A stretch of 63,464 nucleotides of DNA, the filler included, from Welwitschia mirabilis (lineage: Eukaryota): NCBI GenBank assembly GCA_051453625.1. It is 4 parts of one record of this genome, joined end to end, with 100 filler letters (N's around TTAATTAATTAA, not from the genome) between each part and the next. Parts side by side here need not be neighbours in the genome. Positions count along the whole stretch, not along the records: positions 1 to 28,802 come from JBOZIK010000001.1; positions 28,903 to 37,790 come from JBOZIK010000001.1; positions 37,891 to 60,265 come from JBOZIK010000001.1; 1 more part is not named here. One strand, 5' to 3'. Below, piece by piece: positions 25,221 through 40,800 of this stretch (positions are counted from its first letter, which is position 1; each line of letters opens with the position of its first letter). The position numbers were made by a program, and so were the translations under genes. The notes beneath the pieces were generated by a model. The model had not been told where the DNA came from. It was given only the letters and a program-made list of their open reading frames with translations, and ran no database searches.

Positions 25221-28200
25221 ATAAATAAAATTTATTAAGTAATTATTATTTTTTAATATTAGATTATATTTATATTAAACTCTTCAAATTTGAAAGAAGT
25301 GTAAAACCCTTATAAGAGAAATAAATAACCTTTATTACTATTTATGTCTTTTAGCTTTCAAGTTTTTACTTCTTTTTTACTTTTACAAGTAGTTACTTTA
25401 TGATAAATCATATAATATCTGTAAATTTTCCATTTGGTTAGTTGGTCTTATCTATGAATTGTACATAAAATCTTTTAGAAGTGTAGCCTAAATACATGTG
25501 TAAAACCATAAGCTAAATTCTAAACATATGTTAAATCAATTATGATATGTACTAAATATAAGATACATTTGATAATGTTTTCATACTATCTTATCTTGTG
25601 AAAACAAGAACAAAGTAGAAAACAAAAAAAGGGTAGGAGAGGGGCAAGGATAAGAGATAAAGGAGAGGAGAGAAATGGGTAAATTACAAGTAAGACATGA
25701 ACATTTAATAATTAGTTTATGGAACTAATAATGATAATGGGAATTATCTAATCAAGTGAACTAATGACATTAGTGAGTATAACACAATTTTCCATAACTT
25801 ACAATTTTTCATAAAATAACTTCTCATATGTAAGATCTACATGTCTAATGTTGAGTTTTAGGACTAATAGGAATTATCCATATATTTTCACCTAGTTAGA
25901 CAAACTAATGAAAAGCTAAAAGGAAAAACAAAATTTAGTTCTAATTCTAAGAAATAATAAAAGCAAAAACTTATAGGAATTTAAGCAAAAGAAAGTTACA
26001 TGATTTATTATAAAATCAAGTTAATCTAATGTAAATTATAAGAAACAAAAGATTGAGAAATAAAAAGGTCACTTAGACTTTAGGAAATAAAGTATGGAAT
26101 GATGATACGATAATTAATAATCAATAATTGCTAGACCAAAAAGGAGGATGGAGAGTGAAGAGGAGGGTGAGATGATCCTTCTCTTTAAGAAGTTTTTATT
26201 CTAGAAAGTACATTTATTTTACTTTCTTATAGTTTCATAGAAAGCATCTTATAGGTTATTGGATGATAAAAGATCCATTTCCCAATGATTTGTGGTTATG
26301 AATGTGAATGGTGTAAGATCATATCATTTTAATGTTTCTTATGTGCATAATTTGTTCAATACATTTTCCTATTTATATTTCAAAAAGGTGTGTTTACAGA
26401 TGAGGTTCTTATGGGTGGTTCATGATATATCAAAGGTACACTATTAACACTATCTATAGGGGTTAATTTCAAAGTATTAGAAGCTAAACTATACATTTCT
26501 ACTTTGGTTGGATTTCCTGATTTTCATCTCTTTCTTTTTGGACCTTTGTTAAAGAATTTACTAAGGCCAAAGGTGTATATGTTACTGAAGACAATCAATG
26601 ATTTATTAACTTTAGACCTGGAAGAAGAGATTATATCCAAGTTAATCTTCATAATCCTCTTCTAAAATTAGTCCAAATTAGAGAAAAAAAAGAAGTTTTT
26701 ACCTAATTGATGAAATTTCTTAACCTTTCTAACACTTGCTTTAAATGTAGTAAATTTGGAGACTAGTCTAGGATTTATTCTAAGAAGAAAGCTAACTCTT
26801 TATTAAATCAAAAATCTCAACACAAAATTATTATTATATACTAAATCAATCCATGGATTAGGTTATTACTATAAGTAAGGTTTTACAGAACTTAATTATA
26901 TTTAGGATAATTATGATTTAAACCTAGGGGATAATATTGAAAGACAAACTCATCTCACATCTCATATGAAAAATGTCATTGATAAACCATGATTCATAAG
27001 AAAAAGGAAAATCTAACAATGATGGAAAGGCATAGAAATAACCTAACTAGTGTTCTTATTAATGAATAAAGATGTCCTTCTTTGATCCATTCTTTAATGA
27101 TTTTTTTCCTTTGATTAACTCATTTATTAGGAATGACAATGTTGTAGCTATTAAAAAAGGACATATGATTTATTATGTCTCTATTCTATAAGAGCTTGTA
27201 AGGGATGGAGATCCTAGAATCTATACCATTTTACCATAACTAAATGAAATTTTTATAATGTACCATATCTAATTTTTAAATTTATATTAAATAATTTATT
27301 TATTCTTGAAATAAGTTTTCTCACATTATTAACCTTCAAGAGGTAAAGATATTTATTTATGACTAAGAATCTCCTTGTGTATCTTTGTCTTGAAAGTTTA
27401 ATTTATTCATACGTTTATCCTTAGGATAAAGGAAGATCTCTTCTATTATTACATCCTTTGATAGATATTATTGATAAAGGTGAATATCCAATAAATGAAT
27501 ATGTATTCTTTTACTACAGCCTTTGATAGATATTATTGATAAAGGGGAAGATCCAAAGCATACTACAGTATGGATTAGATTTAAATTTTAACATAAGATT
27601 TTATGTATATGTGGTATTTATGCTCTAAATTTTATAAAAGTTAAAGCGAATCTTTATTATTGGTCATGAAACAATGTTTTTACTTATTCCTTATTTTTTT
27701 AAGATTTTAATATGCTTAAAAAGAGTTATGATAAATGTATAGGTATCTGCTTTAAATGGAATTTATTGAAGTAGGAAGTTTGATTATATTTTAAAAATAA
27801 ATGGGTGCTACAAAATCTAGTTTCATATTAATCATAGGACTTGTAAACATTCCTTACAAGAAGGGTTATAATAGACTAGATCATTTAAACTAGTAATGTA
27901 TAGATCAATTATGTCTTTCTTATGATGGTGGTTGGATGTTTTATCATATTTGAAAAGCATTTTCTTTTCTATCAAATCATCAACTTATTGGAGTGTGTGG
28001 AAACTACTCTAGTTTAGCCTTTAACACACTATGTAAATGAGTCCAAGTGGGGTGTGTGGGTAGAACTCCTAAATGTTTTGGTGGACCCAACCTGTGTTGC
28101 TCTAATTTTACAATATATATCTTATGTTGAAAAATATCTTGTATTAAAACCTTTATATATTATGACCTTCAAAGTTTGTAACTTTAAAATATTGATATAA

Positions 28201-28846
28201 AAACGCTATTGTAGTTGTGGATGGATTGCAATTTGCCAAACCACGTAAATCTTGTGTGTTTTATGTTCTTTTATTTTCTCTTTTACATTTGATTCATTCC
28301 TTAACAACTAGTATTAAAGCAATTAGGTTTGCAGAGGATAAGTGGGAGTGATGACATTAGAAGATGGAAAAGTCAACATCAACAAGTTGGATGGGATAGA
28401 CTTTAATTTATGGAATATGCAGATTGAGGACTATCTATACCAGAAGAAGTTGCATGAATCATTGTCAGGAAAGAAACCAGAAAATATGAAGAAGGAAGAT
28501 TGGGTTCTATTAGATCGCTAGATTCTTGAAGTGATCTGATTAACATTGTCACAAAACATTGCATTTAACATCATCAATGAGAAAACTACTCAGGGTTTGA
28601 TGAATACCTTATCATATGTGTATGAGAAAACTTCAACTCCAAACAGAGTATATTTAATGCATTAATTGTTTAATTTGAGGATGTTTAAAGATGCATCAGT
28701 TATAGAGCACATCAATTAATTCAATGATATCATAAATTAGTTGAGTTTAGTAAATATCACATTTAAGGCTAAAGTTAGAGCATTAATCTTGTTATTGTCA
28801 TTNNNNNNNNNNNNNNNNNNNNNNNNNNNNNNNNNNNNNNNNNNNN

Positions 28847-28858
28847 TTAATTAATTAA
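28847..28858. other. Artificial scaffold linker TTAATTAATTAA inside an N run (also 37835-37846 and 60310-60321)
   Basis: An identical 12-mer with stops in all frames, centred in three 100-nt N gaps. Confidence 0.95.
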
Positions 28859-28935
28859 NNNNNNNNNNNNNNNNNNNNNNNNNNNNNNNNNNNNNNNNNN
28901 NNGGCGGGAGGCAGGGCGGGGGTGTGAGTGAGTGA

Positions 28936-28941
<6 letters not shown>

Positions 28942-28981
<40 letters not shown>
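28942..28981 (+). repeat. (GA)20 microsatellite preceded by GT/GAGT repeats
   Basis: Read directly from the sequence. Confidence 0.95.
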
Positions 28982-28985
<4 letters not shown>

Positions 28986-31974
28986 ATGAGTTTTGTTGAT
29001 CCACCTAGATTAATCTCCAAGTATGAGATTGTTAGAGTGTGTGGCGATTGATCTAGTCTATCCTTTTAACACACTATGCAGATAAGTCCAAGTGGGTTGT
29101 GAGGAAGAACCCCTGAAGCTTTTGATGAGCCATTTGGGCTGTGGGCCTATGTTACCCTAATTTTGCAATATATACCTTATGTTAAAAAATATCTTGTATT
29201 TTAACCTTCAAAGATCATAACCTTCAAAGATTGTAACCTTCAAAGATTGTAACTTTCAAAGATTAATATAAAAATGCTAGTATGGTTATGGATGAATTGC
29301 AATTGCCAAAACACATAAACCTTGTGTGTTCCATGTTCTTTGATTTTCTCTTTTGTTTTTGATTCATTCCCTAACACAATTGATTGCAATTTCTATTATA
29401 AAGCATAAACAATCAATGGACTAAAAAGCTAAATATAATTTCATTCTAAATACTACCTAGATGAAATTTGCATTTAGATAAAATTTAATACATAAAATTT
29501 AAAAAATGTTTGACATCTTTTCATCCTCAAATGGTATTCATAAATGGTACTTAGATTGTATTTAAGTTGTTGATTTTTGTATTTGTTTTGATAAGATTCT
29601 TAACTAAGAGGGATCTGGCATGAAAAAGATATTGATTTTGAAGTTTAAAGTGTTAGATTTCAATTCATGCATTATTCCCTTAGTTTAGCCATGAATTCCT
29701 AGTTAGTAAAAGTAGAGAAAGAGTTATTTTTATTTCTTTGTTTAAAAGCTAAAGGAACTATGCTTAAGACTCATGTTTAGTGGTTCTGAACAAAAGATAG
29801 TTATAAGATATATTTTATCTTACTTTTAGAACATTTAACAAAAGAATTACTAATGATCATGATATTGTAACAATCTTTAAAAATCACTATTAGAATCTTT
29901 TTTTTGTAAGAGGGATGGCCTATATGAAAAATCCTAAGCATTGGATGAAATTAATCCATTCATTGGCATAATTATCTTAGATGAATTGTAGAATATCCTA
30001 GAATAAGAAATTTTCTTATTTAAGTTTAAAAATGCAAGAAAATCTATGGCTAGTTTTAAGGTGCAAGGTATATATGGGATTTAAGTTAAAGCCTGTAAAT
30101 GCTAATGGCAAATTGTCACTTACTATTTTTATATAATTACTTAATATTTTTAAAGGTTAAAACTAATGTGGAAGAAGCCTTTACAAGGAGAAAGGTGTCC
30201 TCAAAAAAGGAATAATAAAAGATTAATCAAATTATGAAATTAAATGGAAGCATTAAAGATTATTCATTTCTTTAAATTACTTAACGAGTTACCAAAAAAA
30301 AGTCATCAGAGAAATCATCTGTCTTTTTTGTAAACAAATATCTTAATCAAATGATTTTGATATTTACAAGATTTATTATGAGTCTATCATCATTTATTTT
30401 ACTATCATGGACTTTATTTTAGTAATTTTCATCCTATTGATTAAAATAAATCATTAAAGAATCACCTTTTTCAGGCATGCATGTACATAGCAAGGATAGT
30501 AGAATTATGAGGATGAAGCATCCATAACATTAGAATAATATTTTTACTACACAAAATATTATCAAGAATATTAAAATAGGGGGATTCATCCTATGAATAA
30601 CAATGATTAAAAAAAAAGGGATTGGGAGGCATAAATTAGAAAATGAAAGAAGAATAGGTCCTTTTTTGGACCCCAAATGTGCTTCATAGTAAGATTTCCT
30701 CTTAGATAGAAGAAATATTTTTAGCAAAATATTAGCTTTAAAAGAATATAGGAAAATAAGTAAAATGCTATTAGAACAAGCTTATCCAAGGAGAAAAATC
30801 TAACAAATCAATGTAGCTATAGACTAACTAATTAAAATAATAAAAACATGATATTTAATGAAAATAAGGAGGAAGGATTAGCATATGTTAAATAATAAAA
30901 AGTCACATCATTGGGGCTCTTAATATAAAAATATGACATGAAAACACATGAGATACTACAAAATGGGAAATTCAAGGTTTTAAAATGGATGATGATAAAG
31001 GAGAGCATTTTAATTGTAGTTGAATTAAGAACAATAGGAATTAAGATCACAAGATTTTGTGAGGAGTGAAATCAACTAGAACTCCATTAAGAACATTTTA
31101 TACTTTGATCTAATGATGGCAAGGGAGGAGGGAAGTGTTTCAAGTAAGGAGGAGACTAACAGTCAATGCTAAAATTAGTTGGAAGATATGTAAAAGTAGT
31201 TCTTTGACTTATCTAGCAAGTAAGAAATATAAAAGTTTTTATGAAGGAAAAGCAGAATGTGAAAGAAATTATTTAGCATATCCATTAGAAAATAGTAAAA
31301 ATAGAAGTTACAAGGAAAATTTAAAAAGACCCTCAATTTAAGCTAGAAAAATTAGGAAAATACAATTGAATTATGGATATCTAGTAAAGGATTTAAGTGA
31401 TGGATTAGAAATCTTTTACAAATTTGGAGGTAACCCTAATTTTAAAATGAAAAATGGCATGAAGAATGAGATTATTGAATACTATTGAGATAGGCTTAAA
31501 ACTAGTCTTACCTAGGATGGAAAGGTAATCCTTTCATCGTTCATGAATTGAAACAATACAAATAGGCTCTTTGAGAGGAATACTCTAAAAATCAAAAAAT
31601 GATATATAAGAAAAGTAGAGATGCAATGCCCAAGGAATATAGTAGCATAATTTATTAATATTTATGTGATTTAAGATAAAAACCACTATAAGCTAAGAGG
31701 ATTACAGTTCAACTTCTTGTTGGCCTTAAGAAAAGGAAGAAGGATAAATTTGCTATGATTTCAAACAAAAAATGCTTAGAGAAAACATATAAAAAAAGCA
31801 TTTAAAACTAATGAAGAAATCCTAAATTTTTTAAAANNNNNNNNNNNNNNNNNNNNNNNNNNNNNNNNNNNNNNNNNNNNNNNNNNNNNNNNNNNNNNNN
31901 NNNNNNNNNNNNNNNNNNNNNNNNNNNNNNNNNNNNTTTAAAATACTTGCAAAATCATAAAGCATCTACCAGAG

Positions 31975-34900
31975 ATTAGTGAATGCTATTGACCTAACCA
32001 GTTCTATGTGCCAAATGTATTAATCTAGTGTTGCATGTATTCAAGGATCAAGATAGTAAAATATCATTCAAGTTAACTGAATATGTCTATAATATTGAAA
32101 GACATCTATGATACATGAAGATATATACATAAAGTAAAGATACCTATAGAATATAAAGACATCTACAAAGGTTTAAGACATCTTGATTAAATTGTAAAAA
32201 CTTCACAAAAGACCTTCACCTAAAGAAGAAGACATCCTAATTGAACTAAAGAAGTTGTAGGGCTTTAGCACTGATTGAAAACATCTATGTATTTTTTTAA
32301 TGTCTATAAGATCATAATAAATTTAAGATGACTAAATATGTCTATATAGAATTAGGAAGCAATAATAGATTGAAGACATCTATACTTAAAGAAAATATCG
32401 AGACCACTTAAAGACATTTATAATGTATTACATCAAAAATTAAAAGAGCCATTGCAAGAACTAAACCTAGTTACTTAAGTGATGTTTGAGACATTCACAC
32501 ATCAAACCTACCCATTGTAAATGAATTTTAAGTTATTTACATCCTATAACTAGCTATTTTAAATGCTATACAATCCATTTTATGTGCCAAATCTAGCTAT
32601 TTTAAATACCACTTAAGCTATTACAAGTATTACTTAAATTAAATCCTAAAAGAATAATCAATAAATAGATATAATCAATCTCAAGTAAGAAAGAATTAGC
32701 ATGAATAGATATAGAAATCTAATTATCAAAAACAACAGTTTATACTCATTAGAATAACCTTCAAAATAGATTGAATAGATCTTCTTTAATAATACATTGA
32801 GAAGAGATTATAGCTATAATAATTTTATACTTCTTATTTATTTTGATTCTCAAGCAAGCTTCTTTCTATTGTATAATACTTATGCATTTCAATATTTTAG
32901 CTTTCTTTATCTATAGCATCTTATACTATGAAGGTGAAAATCAATTTTCATAAAATCTACTTTAGTTTAACATTTATGTCATAATTCCATTTTATTTCAT
33001 GAAGGGAATTGTATTACTTAGTCTTGCTTAAAGATTTCAAAGATATAACTTGCAGTCTATGTGGCCTTCTAATGTGCTCTTATTAGAGACATTTTAACTA
33101 TAAGCTTAGTGTTAAGCTTGAAATCATAATTTAATTATAAGATTACTGTTGACTCCAAAACAACTATTTGATTATAATATTAGTAATAATCTTAAAACCA
33201 TAATGTGTAAGCCCAAGAAGTTTAGTTTGTTACCTTGTAGGGAATAACTCCATTATATTATGATTTGCAAGGTTAGAGGTAAGTCTTAGATCATAACAAA
33301 AACTTGAGGGCTTCAGTTAGTTACCTTGCAAGTATCAACTCATTATAACTAAAGCCTTGTATGATTGAAGGTAACTCTTAAATCACATAATTTAAAAAAT
33401 AGACATAATTTAGAGATGTAAAAGTTTTAACCCTCTAGGTGTGGAATACCCAAGTTGGAAAAGCACGTCATCTGATAAGAGTTTCTTTTTGAATTTTTTT
33501 AAAACTTTTCTAGCTAATTTTTATTTATTAAATTTTATTATTAGGATTTTTTTTTGAATGCATTCATCCTTTTCCTCTAAGCTTAACAATTTAGAAGTGG
33601 TATCAGAGCAATTACATAAGAAAAGTTATAAAAACTTTGAGTGAATAAAAAGTTATAAAAGTATTGAGTGAACTATAATGGAAGGATTCTTAACTAGTAG
33701 ACCTTTACTCTTCAATGGGATGAAGTATGCCTATTAGAAGATGAGGATATGGGTCTACTCATAGTTACTTAAGTTTAAAGTATGGAAGCCCATACAAGAT
33801 GTTTATGCAACATCCACTAAAACAACTACACCTATAGGTAAATGCATCATCAAATTCAAGTATAGAATTATGTAGATAAATGATGAAAATAAGGAATACA
33901 TGTTTGACACTAAGCCTAAAAATTCCTTATACTATGATCCTTAATAGAAGAGCTTAAAAGAAAAGCAATATGTAATACTGAAAAGGAAGTTTGGGATGTT
34001 TTTAAAGGTACTTATGAAAACACATCAGTAGTTAAGTAATCTAACTTAGTAGAGCTAATGAATTAGTTCAAGAACCTTAAAATCAATAAAAGTAAATGAA
34101 TAAATGAATATTCCACTAGAATAAGCAATATTAAAAATGAAATTCATTTTTTGGAGATCTAATAAAAGAGAAGGTGAACTAAATGGTTATTAGATCAATC
34201 ATGCTAGCTTATAGACCTAAGACCAGTTTCATGGAGAAGTCAAGGAGCTTCATCACAATAAAGTTTAAAGAATTATGAATCATCCTAATATCATACAAAT
34301 TAAACCTAATTGAAGATAGAGTCATTAAAGATAAGCATATAATGCTTAAAGGAAATGATTCATTAAGGCATCATTTTAAAAAAATACTTATAACTACTTC
34401 AATTAATGAGCTAGGTAATGATGATGAACTTGCATTAATCTCTAAAACATAAAAATACTGACTCTCTAAAAAGAACAAAAGAAGAGAATAGTAATTAAGA
34501 GCATTAGATCCATAAGGTAAAGGTAACAATAAAGGGAATATTATTAAATTTTCTTGAAATGATTTCTCTGATATAGATTATTCGAATTATGGAAGTAGAG
34601 GCCACCTTGCTTTAGATTTTCCAAGTATTAACAACATGCAAGAAAAGGTGTAAAACAAAGAATATAAGTAGAGGAATACCTTATACAATGGTTAGGATGA
34701 TGACGATAAGATCACAAAGGAATAATTTATGGATGATAATGGAGGCATCTATCCATCATCTATGCATTCATCCATGATACTAGAGACTTGGGAATTTAAA
34801 ACTTGTAAGGTTCTTACTGAGTTAAGTAATGAAGAATGTTAGCTTACTCTATAATAAAGGTATGAATCTCTTTAAGATGAATTTTTTAATATTTAAAGAT

Positions 34901-35591
34901 TATGCACCAAAATGGAAAAAAAAATTGCAACTTATCTTATGAAAATAAAAGAATCCTTATTAAATAATAAAAAAATATTGCCCTTAAAATTAAGATTGAT
35001 AAACTAACTATTAAATTGGAGAAAGTAAAAAAAGAACTATAGGATTTCTAGTTTATCAATGAAAGATTTGCTTAAGAAAAGAGAATGACCAATAATATGT
35101 TTAATAAAGATAGAAGAACTAATTATAGAAGTGGCTTAGGAAAAAACAATATCTCAACAAGCCAATCTCAAAAGGATTATGAGAGTCTTTTCACAAGTTA
35201 AAAAGAGAAGTCAAGGTATGAATACTTATAAAATACTATTTCTTTCTTTGTAATGGAAAATAACATTATAAAAGATGTTGTTAATTATGTTTTAATGAAT
35301 ATTATTACACTAGTCAAGGATAAAAGACAAAGGAATGGATAAAGAACTCTATGTAGATGAAAAAAAGGAAGAAATAAATGCCTAAGTAAAAAAATAGTAC
35401 TCTCCTTTTTTAAACAGCACTCTAAGCTGTAAATAATAATAGTTGATACATTGATAGTAGGTGCTTCGTACACATGAATAATGGTAAATCACTATTTAAT
35501 AATTTGATTTATCAAAATCATGAAATATCATCATTTAGGGATAACATCGAAGCATCAATTAGAGAAAAATCTGTAATTAAAGGTGATAACT
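31975..35591 (+). mobile_element. SIRE-type copia copy 2 (5' LTR, PBS, gag, protease), cut off by a gypsy-type LTR
   Basis: Intact Met-PBS at 33598; gag MEGFLTSRPLLFNGMKYAY*KMR at 33678; protease *YIDSRCFVHM at ~35447; LTR rich in AAGACATCTA motifs; LTR start is approximate. Confidence 0.82.
33598..33609 (+). promoter_or_regulatory. Primer-binding site, tRNA-iMet
   Basis: Exact TGGTATCAGAGC between LTR and gag. Confidence 0.92.
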
Positions 35592-37790
<2,199 letters not shown>

Positions 37791-37890
37791 NNNNNNNNNN
37801 NNNNNNNNNNNNNNNNNNNNNNNNNNNNNNNNNNTTAATTAATTAANNNNNNNNNNNNNNNNNNNNNNNNNNNNNNNNNNNNNNNNNNNN

Positions 37891-40800
37891 TATATCCAAA
37901 CTTAAAACTTTATACCATAGAGATAATTCTTCCATAATTTTAAATCAAAAACTAGTGCAACTAATTCAATATTATTAATAAGATAATTTCTCTATGACTT
38001 TTAAGTTATCTTGATCCATAACTTATTACTCTTTTATCTTATTTAAGAACTACTTTAAGAATTTTTCTAGATGCATTAGTATAAACTAAAAAGGTATTTC
38101 AATCATCTAATATTTGTAAGGTTGAAGGACTAGTTAAGAATTTTTTAAGTTGATTAAGTGATTGTTCACATTTTTTCATCTATTCGAGCTCTTTATTTTT
38201 CTTTAAAAATCTTATTAATGAAGAAGCTATCTTAGAGAAGTTAAAGATGAATCGACAATAGTACCTAATAAGACCAAGAAAACTTCTAACCTTAGTAATA
38301 TTTGTAGGTATTGACCATTCCATAATTGCTATAACTTTATTTTGATCTATCCATATACCTTCCTTAGATATTACATGACTTAGAAATTGAATGAATTCCT
38401 TTCAAGAAGAGCATTTTTTCATGTTGGCATATAATTGATGATTCTATAAGGTTTATAATACTATTCTCAAGCATTTCTTATGTTCTTCATAAGTCTTGGA
38501 ATAAATGAGGATGTCATTAATAAATACTATTACAAAGGAATTAAGATGTGTTTAAAAGATGTAATTCATAAGATTCATAAATACTATAGGGATATTAGTT
38601 AAACCAAAAGGCATATCAGTGAACTCATAATGTTCATACTGGGTTATAAATGCTATTTTATGAATATCTTCTTTTTTTAATTTGAACTTGATGATATCTA
38701 GATTTTAGATAAACCTTTTGAGAATACCTTAGCTTTCTTAAGTTGATAAAAAAGGTCATCTATTCTTAGTAGTGGATACTTTTTCTTGATAGTATCCTTA
38801 TTTAGCTATGTATAGTTAATGCATAATCTTAGTGTTTCATCTTTCTTCTTTACAAATAATATACGTGTTTCCCATTGTGATACACTAGGATGAATAAAGC
38901 CTTTTATAAGAGTTATTTAAGCTGAGTTTTTAATTTTTTTATTTTTATAGAAGACATTTTATATGATGCCTTAGAAATTGGTTGGATTCCTAGGATCAAT
39001 TCAATGGAAACTAGACTTCTTAAAGTGGTGGCATACCTAGCAATTCTATTGTAATTACATCAAGATATTCTTGGACTATTGGTATATTCTTTACTAAGAT
39101 TCCTCCTTTCTTTAAACTACTTGATTTTAGGTCTAGCATATAAATTAGTAGTCCCCTCTTAATTTTTCTTTTTATATTCTTTGCATTAATTAAATTCTTT
39201 GAGGTAATTTGTAATGATCTTGAAAGATTATTCTTTAGCCATGATTTTTCATTTTTACTTGATGCTTTTTATAATTTATAAATACTCTATTCTGCATTAA
39301 CTAATTCATATTCAAAATAATGGCATATTTTCTTAAGTTGATGATAATCAATTACATCTGAAAATCTCCCTTACTTATGGATGAAGTATAGTTTTGGACT
39401 TGCTAGATAACTTTTGATATAGACCCATTGGCTAAATCTAGTCATCCATCAATTGGAGCACAACATAATTTTTCTCTTATAATAATTGTAGGAGATATAA
39501 AGTAATGTGTTTCTTCACAAATAATAAAATAATTACTTTTTTATTATTAAGTAAAGCCTTACCTTATATGATAGAGCTTTTAAATTACATCCCTTAATTA
39601 TCTAATGCTTTTCAAATTTGTCCTATTATTTAAGGAATACTTTTTGATCCTTGAGGGTTTTTTAGTTGTTTTTTGGAAAGGTCTTTATAATGTAATAAAA
39701 AATTTTTTATATTATGAGTTCCCTTACAATAGTAGTAGTGATATCCATTATAATGGTTTTAGTACTGATATTGACTAGGAGTCTGCTACAAGTTGAATCT
39801 CTGAGGTTGATTATTTATGTAGCTTTGACTAGAAGAATTCTAGTTTCTTTTGAACAGATTCTTCTTTGATTGATTAAAATTCTTATTTTTGCTATTAGTA
39901 CTACTAACATTATTTTTGTTGAAGTGGTAATTCTTATTTTGATAAGACATTTATGGTCGATTTCCCATAAGGATATGCTCCCATGAAGGAATTCTTTTCC
40001 TGACTTCTTATTGTCTCTTCTAATTTTATTCTACTATCTTTTCCTTTTTTACAGTCTCTGCTAGGATCTTAGTTTAAAACATGGATACTTTGATAGAAAC
40101 TAAAGGGAGAAGAGTATCAATAAAGAGATTTTCTTTAGCTTCTTCATCTAGATGCATATGCGACACATATCTTAATAGTTCTATAAATTTACACTCATGA
40201 GATGTTATGGTTACATTATAGGCATGTCTTAGATTATAGAATTTTGTAACCTTTTGGTGAATATAGAACTTGGTGATGTAACTCTTCTTAAAAATGTGCT
40301 CAAATTCCCTCCATAAAAGTTCTAGATCTTCTAACTTAGTCATTTCTATTTTCCACCATAAATTAGCTTCTTTTATAACATACAAATAGCTAAGAAAACC
40401 TTGTTCTATTCATCACATCATAAGGTACCTATAACATTTTCAACATCACTTAGTCATGCTTCTTCTTTGGAAGGATCTAATCCTCTTAAAAATTTTAATG
40501 AATTTATCTTAATAAACATTTAAATTAATTTCCTCATTCCCACTTCCTTAGGCTGATTAATACCATTATTTGCTTATGATTTTGACCTTAATTTACTATT
40601 TGTGATAGGAACTACATGAAGGTATTTATCAATGCTTATAGATTAAGGGTGAATGGGGGTTGACATTCATCATTAGGTTACTGATTCTCTTGTGAATTGT
40701 CTTGATTTTGATTACTTAGTGCAATTGACCTAGCTTCAAGTTTTAACTAACAAAGACGAGGTATTTAAAAGAATGGAAAATTTTCATGAGATTATATTTG

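Larger units (their letters stand above)
27986..29376 (+). mobile_element. Tork/Tnt1-like Ty1-copia element with paired short LTRs (27986-28306, 29030-29376); interior broken by a linker gap
   Basis: TSD CAACT/CAATT; decayed Met-PBS TAGTATTAAAGC; gag MTLEDGKVNINKLDGIDFNLWNMQIEDYLYQKKLHESLSGKKPE from 28351; PPT-like CTCCAAGTATGAGAT before LTR2. Confidence 0.88.
26100..30450 (+). mobile_element. Degraded L1-type LINE (ORF1, endonuclease, start of RT), split by a copia element
   Basis: ORF1 VLMGGS* ~26405 and CFKCSKFGD knuckle ~26736; endonuclease CGIYA ~27610, DFN ~27703, RLDH ~27874, SNH (SDH) at 27972 resuming after 29376; PKK...IYK RT-like relic ~30290-30370. Confidence 0.7.
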
